64,000 bases of DNA from Antechinus flavipes (taxonomy: Eukaryota). The DNA is taken from the NCBI RefSeq assembly GCF_016432865.1, contig NC_067400.1, positions 1,612,001 through 1,676,000 on the forward strand. Direction: 5' to 3'. Shown one piece after another: positions 43,001 through 57,080 of this stretch. The translations under genes and the position numbers were made by a program. The notes under the pieces were generated by a model, which ran no database searches, had not been told where the DNA came from, and was given only the letters and a program-made list of their open reading frames with translations. Each line of letters begins with the position of its first letter. Positions within the stretch are counted from its first letter, which is position 1.

Positions 43001-46000
43001 GGGAGTGAGGTCAGCCCAGACACCCCCCACCCCCGGGGGGAGGGGCTTCCAGCTCTTCCCTCCTTAGTGGCCCTTGGGAACAGGGACAAGTGGGGGGGAG
43101 GGGGGCGGTCACCTGGGTGGAATCCCTTTTAATTAGTTTAACAGGCTTCAGATTACGGAGCTGCTTCCCTCCCGATCCGGTTACAGATCCTGGAAGTGTC
43201 AGCGTGTGTGTGGACATAGAGAGAGGGCTTGTGAGTGTGAGTGTCTCTCAATTACTTTGAAGTCTGTCCTCGCTCCCTGAACAGTAACAAACGTATAAAA
43301 CAGGTTCTGGCCGGGTCGGCCAGATCTGGGGCCCCCCTAGTCCCGGCCCCCTCCCCCGTGCGCGTGGAAGGGGATCCATCTCCTGCCCACTTGAGACAGA
43401 AAGATGAGGCGCCGCTACTCTCTGGAGACTGGACAAGAAGGCCGGAGGCTCGGGCGGTCACTGGGGGGGACAGTAACCATCGGGGAGAGTGGAGGAGCTG
43501 GGCCGAGGCGCAGTGTTTTGTGGGCCGGGGGGGAGGGAAATGGGCCTCTTAAGGGGCAGGCGTCCTCCAGAGACTTGGCCCGGGGGAGGCCCCTGGGCGC
43601 CGTGGGCTCCGGCTGCACCGGGGCCGCTTTTCCTCCTGTTTTCTCGCTCGCTGCAGCCGGGAGAGACGCTGCCAAGTGGGCCGCCTCCCCCGGCTGTCAG
43701 AGCTGCTCCTCAGAGGCCGGAGGGAAGGGCTTCCAGCCTGGCAGGGCCCCGCGGGGCAGCTTCCAGGAGCCTAAGGTCACCTTCATCCCGTGGGGAAGGG
43801 AGAAGGGGGAGAAGCTCTCGCTGGGGGCCAGCATAAGGTGGGCTGCTTTAAACCCCATTTCACAGAGGAAGAAACTGAGGCAGAGAGGGGCTTAAGCTAC
43901 TTGACCAGGCTCGGGATTTCCTGCCAACAGGTCTCGGGAGGACACGTGGAGATTGTTTTCCCGATGGGAAACTGGCTCCAGCCCCTCCCCTTCTGCCATT
44001 TTGCTGCTTTTCTGTGCTGGTAAACGGAGCACTTCCCCTCATCTCTGCCCACGGACCTCTCTTTGCCTTGGCAGTCTCACCCACACCCTTTCACCTGTGA
44101 CCTGGAAAGGATTCTCACAGCTCCATCTCCACAGCGCATTAAGAAGGCCTTGAGCTGGGGACACACAGCCCCCCACCCCCCAAAAAAAGTGGTTATGCCC
44201 TAAAAGCAGAAGAGCAGCCCCCTTGGGAGGACCGGGGAAGGGGGACAGCACTGCCCTAGTGAGGGGGGAGGGGGCTTGGGGAGGGCAGAGGGGCCAGCAG
44301 CACCCCCACCCCTCCCCCCTTGCCTTCAGACCCCTGAGCTTTGGGTGGGTCCGGGCTCCTGAGGGGGTCCCTCCCACCCTGGAGCCAGTTAGTGATGGGT
44401 GGTGGTGCAGTGGTTAGAACCAGGAGAGATTCCCCTTCCCGGGGTCCTGCTTGTGGGCTGTAGGGTTAGGACTCCCCTTCTGGGGGTCCTGGAGGATCTT
44501 GGCCCAGCTGGCCGCCCCACCCTGGGGCTGTGCTAGGGGCGTCCCCACCCACACAAAGCGGGCCCTGAAGTCCGGCCCTCTGCTTACGGAAGTTCACACC
44601 CAGAAAGATCCCGGGGTGGGGGGGAGAGGGGGACGCCTGCCTGCGGATGGGACGGCTGGAGCTCCCGTCCTTGTCCCCAGGGAAGCAGCGCCGGGGGCGC
44701 ACTTTGCTTTCCCTCCCTCCTCCCCAAGTCTGGTCAGTGCTCCGAGGCTCTGGGTTCTCTGCCCAGCCCACGGAGACCTAAGTGCCCCAGGAACGAGCCC
44801 CCGGTCTATTGGGGGAGCCTTGAATCGCGCACGGGGGGGCTGCGAGGTGCCCCGGAGCGGAAGGGGGGGGGCCCTGTCGGCAGCCGGCCGTGGCTAACAA
44901 GTGACACGTTGCTGGTCTTCCCAGTGGAGGGGAGGGGGAGAACGTGGGACTCGGGGGGTTTCAAAAAAATATTACAGATAAATTTTAAAACGTTTAAGAA
45001 ACTAAAGGAAAGAGCCCGGTTCCCGGCAGCGTGGGTTAGGGGTGAGCACAGGCGGTGGGCCGCGTTCGGGGGGCAGTGCGGGGGGCGAGAGTAGAAAGCC
45101 TGGAAAAGCTGGCAGGGCCCGGGCTTGCGGAGAGCCTGAAGGCCGCCTTCCTGGTCGGGCTGGCCCGGACCCTTGGCCTGCGTTTGTTTAAATGGGGTTT
45201 CGGGCTCTTCCAGGTCGCTCAGAAAAGTAGTTGGAGGACAGGAAATAGGGTCAAGAATTGGGTGAAAAGAAGGGGTCAGAGAGGCCGTGGAAGCTGCGTC
45301 GGGGAGGGGCTTCCCCTCGTTGCACGGGAGGAGGCCACGCAGCAGGCAGGGAGGGGGGAAAGGTGGGGTTTGACCCCGGGGCGCTGCTTGGGACCCCCCA
45401 GAGTCGGCCCGTGTGCGGTGTCAGGGGGTCCGTCTGGCGAGGAAGCCCCGGTTCCGTTTTCCGCTCTTTTCCGCCCCTTTGCCAGCATTGCCCTTGGCAC
45501 CACTGGCAGGGGCGGCTAGCACATGGCCCCTGAGCATCACGACGCAGGGATCCCGGGCAGGAGCTCGCCCAGAGCCGGGCCCCGGGAGGTGCAGCTCGCG
45601 GTTCCCCACCAGGAATTCTGGGCCGGCTGAAGTCCCTCCGAGCATCCGGAAGCTTCTGCAGGGAAAGGCGGCTTCCCCCCCGGGCGGGGCCCATAAAGGC
45701 CCTGCTCCCGCCGCTTCTCACAGCTGTTCACTTTTGCCTCCTTTTAGGCTCCGTTCCTAGAGGCGCTGCCTCCCTGCCTCGGGCCCTGGCCCCGGACCTG
45801 GGCTATTTTTACTTGGGCAGCGACAGGAGCGCGGCCGTCTCTGATAACAGCAGCTCCTCCTGTAACGGGAGCCCGTGTGATAGGGGACCCCGAGGGGGGC
45901 GCTGGGCGAATGAGCTGGGACTCCTCAGAATCAGCTGTCCTGGTCCCGAGGAGAGGAGGGGGCTCGCTGACTTCCTCCCTGGGCTGGTCCTCCTGCTCCC

Positions 46001-49000
46001 TCCCACTGGCCCTTTGGAAGGGAAAAGTCCCAGGGGACACGCGGGGGTGCTCCCCTCAGTGCCCCGCAGCCTCCTCGGCCGTGCTCCCCTCAGTCCCTTT
46101 GGGCTCCCCCCCGTCACGGCTCACGGAAGGAGACCGCCCGACCGGTTTGTGCCGGGGAAAGCGCGCGCTCGTCGGACAATTCGAAGGCGTCCCTGAGCGA
46201 GGATTTTTGAAAGCAGGTCTCAGTCCGTGGGACGATCGTGTTCCTGGGAACCGCCTCAGAGAGAAGCCGTTTCCCAAGCAAACCTGGCTCCGCTTGGCCC
46301 CCGGTCGCGGGCCGTGTTGTCGACGCGAAGGCCGTTCCCTTGGAGAAGGCTCCGCAGCGAGCCCGGCTGGGGGGGGGTTCCCCTTTGGCTCGCCTGCTTG
46401 TGTTCTCCGCGTTCTCCCCGGGGCCTTGGGCTCGGGCTGGGATTGGTCATAACTGGAACCGCCGCTGCTTGTGTTTTCCCGAGGGAAAAGCTGCTTCCAG
46501 GAGTTTCTCCGTCTGCTCGGAAAGGGGCGGGGGGCTGTCTGCTCTGTAATGGGGGTTTCAGCCACTTGGAAGCCCCCCCCCCCCCGAGTCATGCTTGGCA
46601 GGACTCTCCGTCCTCCCTGGCTCGCCAGTCCATCCCCTGACCCGGCCGGGGCCGAGCCGTCCTGGGGGGGGGGGGGGCCGAGTCTGAGGGTCACTTGCAC
46701 GTGGCAGCCGAGGCCCCCCGCGCCCCTCCCCCCGTCTCAGGTGATGGAAGCTTTTCCCCGGGTGCAGGAAGAACCAGCCCTTGGGGGGCAGGGACAGGGC
46801 AGGGTCTCTGCAGGAAGGACCGCTCAGGTGGGCAGATGGAGGGGCTGGATTAAGCTGGGGGGGAAAGGGCTGGCACTCGGTCTCGGGGGCTCGCTCTGCT
46901 GGGCCGCCCCCTCGTGGCCTCCGGGCTGCATGTGCGGGAGACGTTCCCATTGGGCTCGGGGTTCCCAGATAACGAGGAGCCCCACTCACAGGGAGTCCCG
47001 CCCAGGCCTGCGTCTTGTGCGTCGGGGCCTCCTGCTGCCCTGGCCTTGGCTTGTGCCGGCCCGGCGTGGGCCCCCAGAGGGGCGGAGTCCCCACTTTGCA
47101 CTTTGACTTCAAGGCCAGAACTCCCCGTTGGGCCGCCCTGCCTCTGTCTGTCACAGGGGTCAGAGGGTCTGGGCTGTCGGGGACCTTCTCCAGGGCCATG
47201 GGGCAGTGGGAGGGCAGGAGGGGCCGGTGGCCACGGACACAGAAGAGCCGCTCGCGGGGGCCGAAGGTGATGCTGGGAAGGAGCAGGGCTGGGGGAGGGG
47301 GCCTCCCGGCCCCAGGAAGCTCGTTTAGTGACTGGCCGGGCCCAGCGTCCAGCCGAGGCGGCCCCTGGAGCGAGGAGCCTCGGCGTCTTGGTTGAAGGCA
47401 GCAGAGGGACCCACCAGGTGCCGAGGGCGCAGGAACATGGTGGGGACCTTCTGGGGGGAGAATGGCGGGAGAGCTCATGAGGAGATTGGGTCCGTTCTGA
47501 AGGGCGGGCTGAGAATGATGGACTCGGACAGGACCCGGGGGGGGGGCCTGGGCGGAGAAGGGGAGGAACGGCCGGACATGGGCCTGAGGTAGGAGCCGGG
47601 CTTGGTGCGGGTCCCCGTGTCCATCCGAGGTGGACGGGCCGGAGCCTGGCCCCAGCTGGGAGATTTGCCGGCCCTGATCCTGGAGTTGGCCGTCAGCATG
47701 GATTAGGCGCCTGCTGGGTGCCAGACCTCGTGCCCGGTGCTTGACGGTGATCGTCTCCTTTGCTTGTGAGGGTCCAAGGCCTGGCTCGAGCTCGGGCCAA
47801 GGTTGGTCCTTGGGGTTGACCAGAGGCCGTCATGGTGAGCGCCCCCTCGCTTCTGCTCTTCTCCCTGCAGGCTGCCCTTGGGCCATCTGCACCGCCTCCC
47901 GCCGGGGGCCAGGAGGGAGCGGTCGGGGGCAGGGGAAGCGGCGACTCCCGGGTACTTGGGGAGGAGCCTGCGCGTCCCCTCCCGGGGTCATTCACCGCAG
48001 ACGTGGGCGAGGGAGCCGGGCGCCCACCCTGACCCGCGGCCCTTGGGCGTGTTTGCTGCATCCCCTCCGTCTCCTTGTCTGTAGATGAGATGAACCTTTG
48101 TAGAGGACTCAGTGCCGGGCAAACAGTTGGCGCTCCCTAAGCGCTCCCTTAGGGCTGCATGCATTGCTTCCTTGGGGGGTGCGGCTCGGCGGGGCTCACT
48201 TAGCTCCTGACCCCTGGGCTGAGCGCGGCCACCCCTCGGTGGAGGGGGAGGAGCGGAATCGGCACGGGGGCCCCGTCTGGTTTGCCGAGCCCCCTGCTGG
48301 GAACCCCAGCCCTGGGATGTGGGTGCCGGGAGTCCCCATTTTACAGGTGAGGAAACTGAGGTAGAGCTGGCGCTCTGGTCTGCCCGGAGCCGCAGTCTTT
48401 GCTGTTCTGTGAATGCTTTTAACCCAGGCACGGGAGAGGGGGTCGGGGCCCTGGGCTCACGTCCGGGCCGTGAAGGGCCGAGCCTGGCGGTTGGGCTAGA
48501 TTTTGAGGGGCGCCTTCGGGCTGCTCTGGTGCTTTGAAGTTTTTCCTGGGGTTGGGTTAAGTTGGGGACCCTCCAAGCCCTCTGTCGGGGCAGCTGGGGA
48601 AGGACCCCAAAGAGTTCCGAGGGTCTGAGTGGCCTGGGGGGGGGGGCGAGCCAGGGTGCCCAAGGGGCAGGAGCCAGGTCCTGGAGGCGACCACTAAACC
48701 CTGAGCATCTTTGGGGGGTCCCAGCGAAGGAGCGGAGACAGGAGGGGGGGCCCTCAGCCAAGCCGCCTGTCCTGTACAGTGGGCGTGCCGCGGGCAAGGC
48801 TGTTGGGAGGATGACGCCCCCTCCCAGAGCAGAAAGCAGAGGTGGGCCGGCGATCCCTGTGCCAGAGGCTCTCGGTCTGAGGCGGGGTCGCCGCCCACGG
48901 TGGTGCTGGCAGGACCCCCAAGTCGGTCCCCTCGGCCGGGCCCCACGGGGCGGTTTCTTGAACAATGGAGGAGTGGGATCGGATGCTCCGAGGTGGATCC

Positions 49001-50426
49001 AGCAGGGGGGCGGGGCGAGCCGTCAGGCGCCTTAAGCTACACTGTCTCTGCTGGGGCGCAGGGGAGGTCCCCTCCCCCGACTGGGCTCCGCAGAGGGTCT
49101 TGCACAAGCCGACAGCTGAAAGCTTCAGGGAGACGGCAGCGCGGAGCGAGATCAGGCCGGACTGGGCGGACGTTCCAGAGAAGCTTTCCAGGGCACCTGG
49201 GGGCACAGGAGGAGGCAGGGGCCAGCCTTGGGAGCCACGGAGGGTTCTGTGGGAGAAGAGCCAGCAGGCCGTCATCCCTGCGTGGGAGGGGGTTTGGGGA
49301 GGGGGCCCACTCGGGAAGAGCTGTGAGTGGCACCCATCGATCCCAAGGAACCAAGAGCTTATTGAGGAGGGGCTGACGGGCGGCCCCGGGCTATAGGGGA
49401 ATCCTTTAGTGTGGATGGAGGAGGGACTGGGGGGGAGGGGCTGCCGGGCTGGTTGCACTGGGAAGTTGATAGGCTTGACCAGTACTTGGAACCGGGGGTT
49501 GGGGGGGAGGGGAATCTGGGGAGAGCCTGAGGTCCGGGAGGTTTGGCGGAAAGAGACGGCGTTTGCCCAGTGAGATGCCTGAAAGACAGGCCGGGCAGGA
49601 GGGCAGGAGGGGGGCTGAGATGGTCACTAAGTCCGTGGAGGTCGCCCAGGGAGGGCATCTGGAGGGCGTCCCTGGCCCGCCACAGCTTGGCACGGAAGCA
49701 GCTGCCGCTTCTCCTGAGCAGCTTTAAAGGGAAAACCATTTTTGCACCAACTTTAAAAACTGCTTCAAATAAAAACTTAGTTTTTTTGTCTTCCCTGACT
49801 TTGGTGAGATCACATTTAACGCGGGAAAGGGCGGTCAGAACGGGACCAACTCGTTCTAGAAATGAGCCATTCGGTGACCTACAATTGGGTTTTCATTTGG
49901 GTCGAGCTTCTTGGACTAAATCATCCCTGGAAGCTGAAAATACAGCCTGGGGACCCCACGGGGCCGAGACTGGCTCCTCATTGACAGACCTGGTCCCCTC
50001 TCACTCATCTGAGATGGTCTGGAGGGGACACCCACCCCCCCCCACCTCAGTGATGTCATCTGGAAAGCGGACAGCTGTGAATGTGTGACCTCGGCATTTC
50101 TAGGGGGGCTCAGCCTGGGAAGGAGGGGGCGGGCGCCAGAACCGCCTCGGGCACTTTCCGGGAGCCCGGCCGGTCCCACGCCAGACCTTAGTGACCCTAA
50201 AGATCCATCAGAGGCCAAGCGTCCTGAGCGATTCGGACTTTAAGCGAGGGACTCTGACTCCATCTCCGTTGCTGCGAGCAGAGCCAGTCGCTGGGGGCGA
50301 TCTTGTTAGGAGACCCTCGTTTGTGTGCTCTTTGGGCCCCCCGGAACCCCCCCTCACGCGGCCGGATGAGTTTTTCCCCGCTCGGTGCCGGCCTCAGACT
50401 TGACCAGAGTTTTCTCTTTTTCTCAG

Positions 50427-50529
50427 AGCTCAACAAAAATCCAGTGGAAGGCTTTTCAGCTGGTTTAATAGATGACAACGACCTGTACAGATGGGAAGTC
50501 CTGATCATCGGTCCCCCGGACACTCTGTA
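50427..50529 (+). CDS. UBE2G1: UBE2G1 exon 2 (103 nt)
   Basis: Acceptor ttttctctttttctcag; (E)LNKNPVEGFSAGLIDDNDLYRWEVLIIGPPDTL(Y); donor gtaagt. Confidence 0.98.
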
Positions 50530-53168
50530 GTAAGTACCCCCGTCCCCCGCTGTCGGGAGCCGCTTTGGGGTCACTCTGCTCCGTCACCGGGTCTGTGATT
50601 TGGGAAAACCTTCATAGGTCACACTCAAAAAACCATTGACCGATATTTGTGGTCTAGTGTTGACAAGTGAGATAAAACATTTCCTTAACTTACCAGAAAT
50701 GTCGTATAGAAAAAAGGAACTTCTAAGGAGAAAAGTTCACTGGATACTGAACTTGGTTGGAGAAAACCAGTGTTTTGTTTTTTGCTCATTCATCTTTCTG
50801 AGCCACTTAAAAAACCTGTCGTAGAATCATTTACTTAGTTAAGATGTGGGCTTGACCTTAAGGTGCCGGTCAATATTGTTCTTTTTAATTATTGAAAAAC
50901 ATTTCCTCGAAACACAAAAAGCCTGGCGTCCTGGTCGGAATGTCCAGGGATCTCTTGGCGTATGGAATCAGTGAAACGGGCTTCAGTCCCGCCTCCTGAG
51001 CCACGGTCGCCTTTTGGGGCCCCTCGAGCTGGGGCCATTCTCAGTTCAGAGGTGAGGAGGAGACCCTTCCTGTGCTGGGCCGGGTCCCAGATGTTGCCCC
51101 TGGAGGAAGCCCCAGAGGAGCTCACAAGCCAAGCCGGATGGAGGCCATGGTTTCAGACTCCCTGACGTCAGACTGGACAGCGGATTTGGCAGTGGGCTAC
51201 ACCTGCCGAGACAGGCGTGGCCAGAAAGCTCTTTTGGGGGACCCTCTCGGCGGGATCCGCAGCCGTGTGTGCCCCCCAGGACCAGCACAGGACCTCCTAA
51301 AGCTCAGATTGGACTCCGTGTCTCACCCGTCGCTGGCGCTGGATGCCCCCAAAATCTCCCCAAGCCCACCTGGTGCCCGTTGCCTTTGTGTCCGTTTCGT
51401 GGATGTTTTCATGTCGGCCACGTCGGAGCGGCAGCCCCCGGGGGCTGGGACTCGGCACGGCGAGTTGTGGACGGGGCGCCCGGATTTTTGGGAAGAGGAA
51501 GCCCGGCCTCAGGCCAGGATCCCGAGGGCTTCCTTCCCACCTTCCCCACGGGGCTGACCCTCAGGCAGTCCGACCAGAATGCTGCAGCCCGCCCACCTTG
51601 GAAGGCCAGGTGCTCTAGCAGGCCTTTGTGAAGGGGGCCTGGGTCCCTTGCTGGCCCTGGCAGGACAGGCTGGAGGGCCCCTGAGCCCTGGACCAGCGAC
51701 GGCTGCCTCAAGGTCAACTCCCTGGTCGACAGGTGGGACAAGAAGCATCCTGGGCCCCCAGGGGGCGAGCTCGGCCGAGGTCATGGGGCTGTCCCCCGCG
51801 GTCCTAGCCCACCATCGCAGGCTTCCGCCAGGATGTGGCCGGCACAAGGAACAGTTCTGTGGCCACAAAATTAACATCAAGTCCTTTTTCTGGGTAAGGG
51901 ACGAGGCCCCCGGACTGCTCCCTGGACCCCCTGAAGTGGGCGCTGCGTTTCAGGCCCTTCCTTTGGAGTCCTGTTTCTAAAGCACATTATTCTGGGGCAG
52001 GGGCCAGGGCACAGGGGTCATAGACCCCACTCCACGCCCCCCCCTCCCCCCCCCCCCCCGTTGGCCCCTCTGGGCTGCCTTCAGTCCTCATTTCTCCAGA
52101 CGTTAGCGACCGTCTCTTCTGGTGGTTAGTGATCATTTGTGGGGCCGGTCCAAGCGACGAAAATGGGATCCAGAGAGATCTCACACGGCCGGCCTCACTT
52201 GGGAGACACTTAACAGACCTGCAGCCTTGGGACCCCCCTCTGTGACGGTCAGTGCCATCCCTCCCTGCCAGCCCCACAGTCTGAAAGGGGGCGCCCATGT
52301 GCGCGTCTCCTGCCTAGAAGGAGGCGGCCGGAGGTGAGCATGAGCGGGCCAGGAGAGGTCTGGGCCACGTGCGGGGCTCGGGCCGGTGGGAGACGTCTGC
52401 CCAAGAGCAAGACCCTCCGACAGCGGCCGTAAAAGGGACTTAACCTGGAGAGAGGACAGAGCGGAGCGGGGATTCACTCGTGTCCGGGGGGCTCCTTTAC
52501 AGGAGACTGGGGTCAGGTGGGGGGAGCGAGGGCCTCGTCCTCCTTCCCTGCGTACCCCTCCCACTTCCCTGGGGTTAAAATGCTTGCCCTGAAAGGTTGT
52601 CGGGGACTTTCCGTTTTTCGCTGTCATTGCAGCGGGGAGCGCTTTTTTCAGGGCTGCCCCTAGAAGGGCTAGCCTGGGCAAACAGATGCTGGAATTCGTG
52701 CAACTCTGAAGCCTTGGAGGAAGACACCTTCCAGAGACACTTCTGGGGCTGGGTTGGGTGGCCCTCGGGGCCCAGCAGGCTGGAATGAGGCTGGGGGCAG
52801 GGTTGGGGACCTGCAGGAGCGGCCAGAGGGAGCACCGGAGGAATCTGGGTCTCCCATCTGTAGATACCACCTAAGCCTTCCAAGTGGCTAGGGGTGGGCG
52901 CCTTCCTGGAGAAGGCGGGGGTCTTCGCCCAGCCCCTCCCCACAAAATCAGGAGAGGAAACGCCCAGGAAGAGAAAAGACAGCGTTTAATATGCTGACTA
53001 GCTGGGGGACGTACTCGCTGCAAGATTCATTTGCTGCAAATAAATACAGGCTTTGGCGAGTGGGGCGTCTGACCAGGGGCCGGGGGCGGGGGGCTCCAGC
53101 CCAGAGACAGGGAAGAAGGGTCTTTCTTTGTCGAGGTTTCTCACAGCGGGTTCTCTTTGTCTTTGCAG

Positions 53169-53266
53169 TGAAGGGGGCGTTTTCAAAGCTCATCTCACTT
53201 TCCCAAAAGACTATCCCCTCAGACCACCAAAAATGAAGTTCATCACGGAAATCTGGCACCCAAACG
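53169..53266 (+). CDS. UBE2G1: UBE2G1 exon 3 (98 nt)
   Basis: Acceptor ctttgtctttgcag; EGGVFKAHLTFPKDYPLRPPKMKFITEIWHPN; donor gtaagt. Confidence 0.98.
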
Positions 53267-55081
53267 GTAAGTTGCCGCTTTGTTTTTCCACGGCGAGCTC
53301 CGGACCTGCGGGAAGGGCCTCGTCGCAGAGTCTGGAAGGAGCTGCGGGCTTGACTGCATTGGGGGGAGGGGGGAGGGGTCTTGTTGGTGCAGACATCTGA
53401 GGCTCCCCCTGGCTTGTGTGTGGATGAGCCCCTGGCAGGAGGAGGCCGAGCCGCTTCCTCAATGGGAGTCATTGCTGCTCCCCCTCCCTGTGGCCGCAGG
53501 AGAAGCGTTTACGTTACTCGGGAAGCGGGTGCCAGGGGCTCCCGGGGCATCTGAAGGGCCTGGTTCTGTGCCCATGCCTTGGAGCTGCTGGTGGGTGCAG
53601 GGCCGCCCTCCCTTCCCCGGCCGCATCTGCCAGGGATTAACTCAGAGTCCCCTGACCGGCTTTTTGGGCCCCTCCTGGGCTTCTCCGCCCCTAGATCCAG
53701 CTTGTCTTCCTGGTCTGACCATCAGTGCCCTGCGCCCCGTTGTCATTAAGCACCTACTGGATGCCAGGAACTTGGGGTGGCTGCTGGGGTGCAGGGCCTT
53801 GGGGGACGGGCGGGAATCCCGCAGAGGAGCCTCCCCCACAGGCCGGGGAAAGAGCATTTCTGGGTGTGCAGAGAGACACGTCCCCGGGGCCCCAGAGGTC
53901 CCGCCTCAGCCTGGCAGGGGAGGGAGGGCTCCTGTGTTGGGGCAGTTTGGGCATTCGGCCCTTCTCCTGCCCCCCTGTGGCGGGAGGGCTCAGGCCCAGA
54001 GCTTCTCCGTGTGATGTCCGACCGGAGGAAGCGCGCTCTTGGGCCGAGGGCCCCTTTTGTCAGGCTCCTTGTTTAGCAGAGGGGAAACCGAGGCCTGTGG
54101 CAGGGGGGCACACAGGGGAGCGACCCTAGAGAGTGCCCAGCCCCTAGGCCTGCGGGGGGAGGGGACAGACAGGCCAAAGATGGCCCACTAGTGATGAGCC
54201 TCCAGGGGTTCAAGGCTGAGGAGAGGGAGGTGAGTGAGGGATGAGTTGACTCCGGCCCCCATCAGGCCCAGGGAAGAGTTAGAAAATGCTCATGGGGGCT
54301 TCAAGCTCGGAAAATGGGTGAGGGCTGGGAGACTCGGGGGCCTGGAGGCGTGGCAGGGGCCGCTCTTAAGTCATAAGAGACTTTACGAGGGCGTCACTGG
54401 GCGCCGGCCCCCCGAGAAAAGATAGCGGCCCCTTGTGCTGCCGTGGGCGGCGTGATTGTGGCTCCAGCATCGGGTGGGCTTCTCTGCTATTAAAGCAGCA
54501 GCCCCTGGAGCTGGGTCCGGGCAGGGGGACCTGTGGGAGGGAGAGGGGGGAGCGGCCACTGCAAGGTCACCGGCCTCCATGTGGTTGAGTCTGGGCCCAC
54601 TCAGGGCCAAATGAGAGAATGGCCTGAGCCGTCTGGGAGGAGGCTCTGTGCCAGGAATAGCAAGAGAAGTTGGGCCGATGGTGGGGGGTGAAATAGCCAG
54701 GGGAGCCTTTAGAGGGGCAGGAGCACGGAGAGGAGGCCTGGGAGCACCCAGATAGCTCTCGAGGGCAGACCGGGCAATCCTGGTTTGAGCCCTGGGGAGT
54801 TCAGCTGCATCCAGGTGGCTGCTCTCCTGTTGACTCAGTTTCCTTTTTTGTCAGATGAGCGGCAGGAGATGTGGCAAACCCCTCTCTGCCGAGAAAAGCC
54901 CTGGTGGGGTCGCGGCGTCTTGGCTCACAAGCTTGGCTCAAAGCCAGGGTGACCCTTGACCTCCCCTTTCCCCTCCCCGCCCCCTCTGAGTCCACGTCCT
55001 CCCGGCCAGGAGGAGCGGGAGACCCCGTGTCCTCCGTGAGCCGGCTGCCCCCCCGCATCCCCACGTTTGGCTTTTTTCCAG

Positions 55082-55260
55082 TTGACAAGAACGGCGACGT
55101 GTGCATTTCCATCCTCCACGAACCCGGGGAAGACAAGTACGGCTACGAGAAGCCGGAGGAGCGCTGGCTCCCCATCCACACGGTGGAGACCATCATGATT
55201 AGCGTCATCTCTATGCTGGCGGACCCCAATGGAGACTCACCCGCCAATGTGGACGCAGCC
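55082..55260 (+). CDS. UBE2G1: UBE2G1 exon 4 (179 nt), catalytic Cys
   Basis: Acceptor cttttttccag; [60 protein letters not shown]; donor gtaagt. Confidence 0.98.
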
Positions 55261-57080
55261 GTAAGTGGGGTTCTGTGGGGTTCCCCCGGAGGGCAGAACC
55301 CTGGTCCGCCTGGCCCGAAGCCTTCCCCGACCCCCCTCCCGGCACCCCCGCGGCCGCCCCCACTTTGCTTGTGCTCGTCGCCTCACTTCTGGAGCGTCTC
55401 CCCAGGAGACGGAGGGAGGGTGGTCTCACGGCCCGGCCCTTGGCTGACTTAATTTGGATTGGGGGGAGGGGCTTCCATGATGGAGACCTGGGGCATCCCT
55501 GAAATGTCTGTTGCGTCCGGGCCTCACCTGGGCGGGGCTCCTCACCACCTGCTTGTTCCTGTGTCAGGGCTGGGGCTCCCGGCCTTAGCGGTGGGCTTGT
55601 GGGGGCGGCCCTGGCTCCCCACAGCGGTTATGGGTGACCTCCCCCAGATCGGCTCTGACAGGGCCTGCCCGCAGAACGTCCCACAGGGCACGGCGGGCAC
55701 GGCGCGCCAGGCCCGAGAAGGCAGAGCCTTTGTCCATCGAGGGGATGCGTGAATTCTGGAACTCCCTGGCAGCAGGTGGCTCTGCCGAGGAGTGCCAGGA
55801 GGTCACACTGGCCCCTCTGCACTGGCACACGCGCTCCTTCCTCAAGGAACTTCCAGGATCACCCATTTTACTTCATCTGAAAAAAGGGGGGGAGTCCCAA
55901 GTCAGGCGCATTTCCCCTCCAGGTGATTCCAGGCCTTCCCGGCCCTGCTGGCTCCTGGGAGCTCAGCTTTGGGGTTTGAAACTGAGTCGTGCTGATTACT
56001 TGGGCAGAATCGGTTCTCTCTGTGACGCCATTCAGAGGGGGACCCCCCAGTGACGGTCCCGGGGTTCCTGGCCAGGATTTAGGGGGCAGCGTGGGAGCCA
56101 TGGGCCAGGACCGCGCTCACCGAGCACCTTCAGTGTAGACTTTCTCAGTCCTCCCTGGACCCCAAAGCAGGTTGAGGAAACTGAGGTGGGGGTGGGTTTG
56201 TTCTGTGCCGCTGGCGGCTTGGATGCCTTAGCCAGTGTAACCTTTGGGCAGGACGGCTCCACGGGTGTCTTTTCCATGGCATACCTGCCCGGGCTGAGGT
56301 GCCTTTTAGAGGCTTGCTGTGTGGGCTCCTGCTGCCTGTCCTGCCCCATGTGCAGGATGCAGTGCCCGGGGGTCCAGCTGCTGGCGTGCCACGTGAGGTG
56401 CTGCCGCAAAGCCCATGCCCAGGAAGTCCGCCTGTGCCCCTTGGAAGAAGGTCTCGCTCAGCCCGAGCCTCTTCGGGAGATGCTGAGCATTCCAGAGGTA
56501 CCCGCCAGTGGATGCCTGGGCCACAGAGGGCACCCGCTTGAAGAAGTCACTGGGGGCCGGGGCCAGTGGGCAAAGGCGCATTTTGAACGCAGACTGTTGG
56601 GCTCCCCTGAGTCCACTCTTCTGTGTTTGTCCTCTCGTGGGTCCGGTGAGCTCTGTTCTTTGCCTGTACTAATGGTTTGTTGACTGATTTCTAAGCGACT
56701 GCCCAGCTAGGAGGCCTTGGGGCCAGGTCCCGGCCTAGCCTCAGTCCTGTTGCCAGCGGGCTCAGTTTCCTCATCCATAATGGATGCGGGTGACCTTGCT
56801 GGCCTGAAGGCTGGTTGTCTGATGGTCACGCTCCCTGCCTCTGAGCCTGAGCTGGGCTCGGGGCTTCGTGCCCCTGCTCAGCGCCAAGGGCGGCGTCCCA
56901 ATATTTCAAAGGGGCGAGCGGCACTGGGCCCTTCTGTGAGGTGGGGGGCCGCGGGTGTGGATCTGGGCGGAGCACCGCTGAGTTTGGGGGGGACTCTGCC
57001 CTCGGACTGTCTCTTGGGCGCAGTGAGGGAGGAGGAAGCTTCTTCTAACCATCTTTACACTTTCCCTTGTCCCCCCGCAG

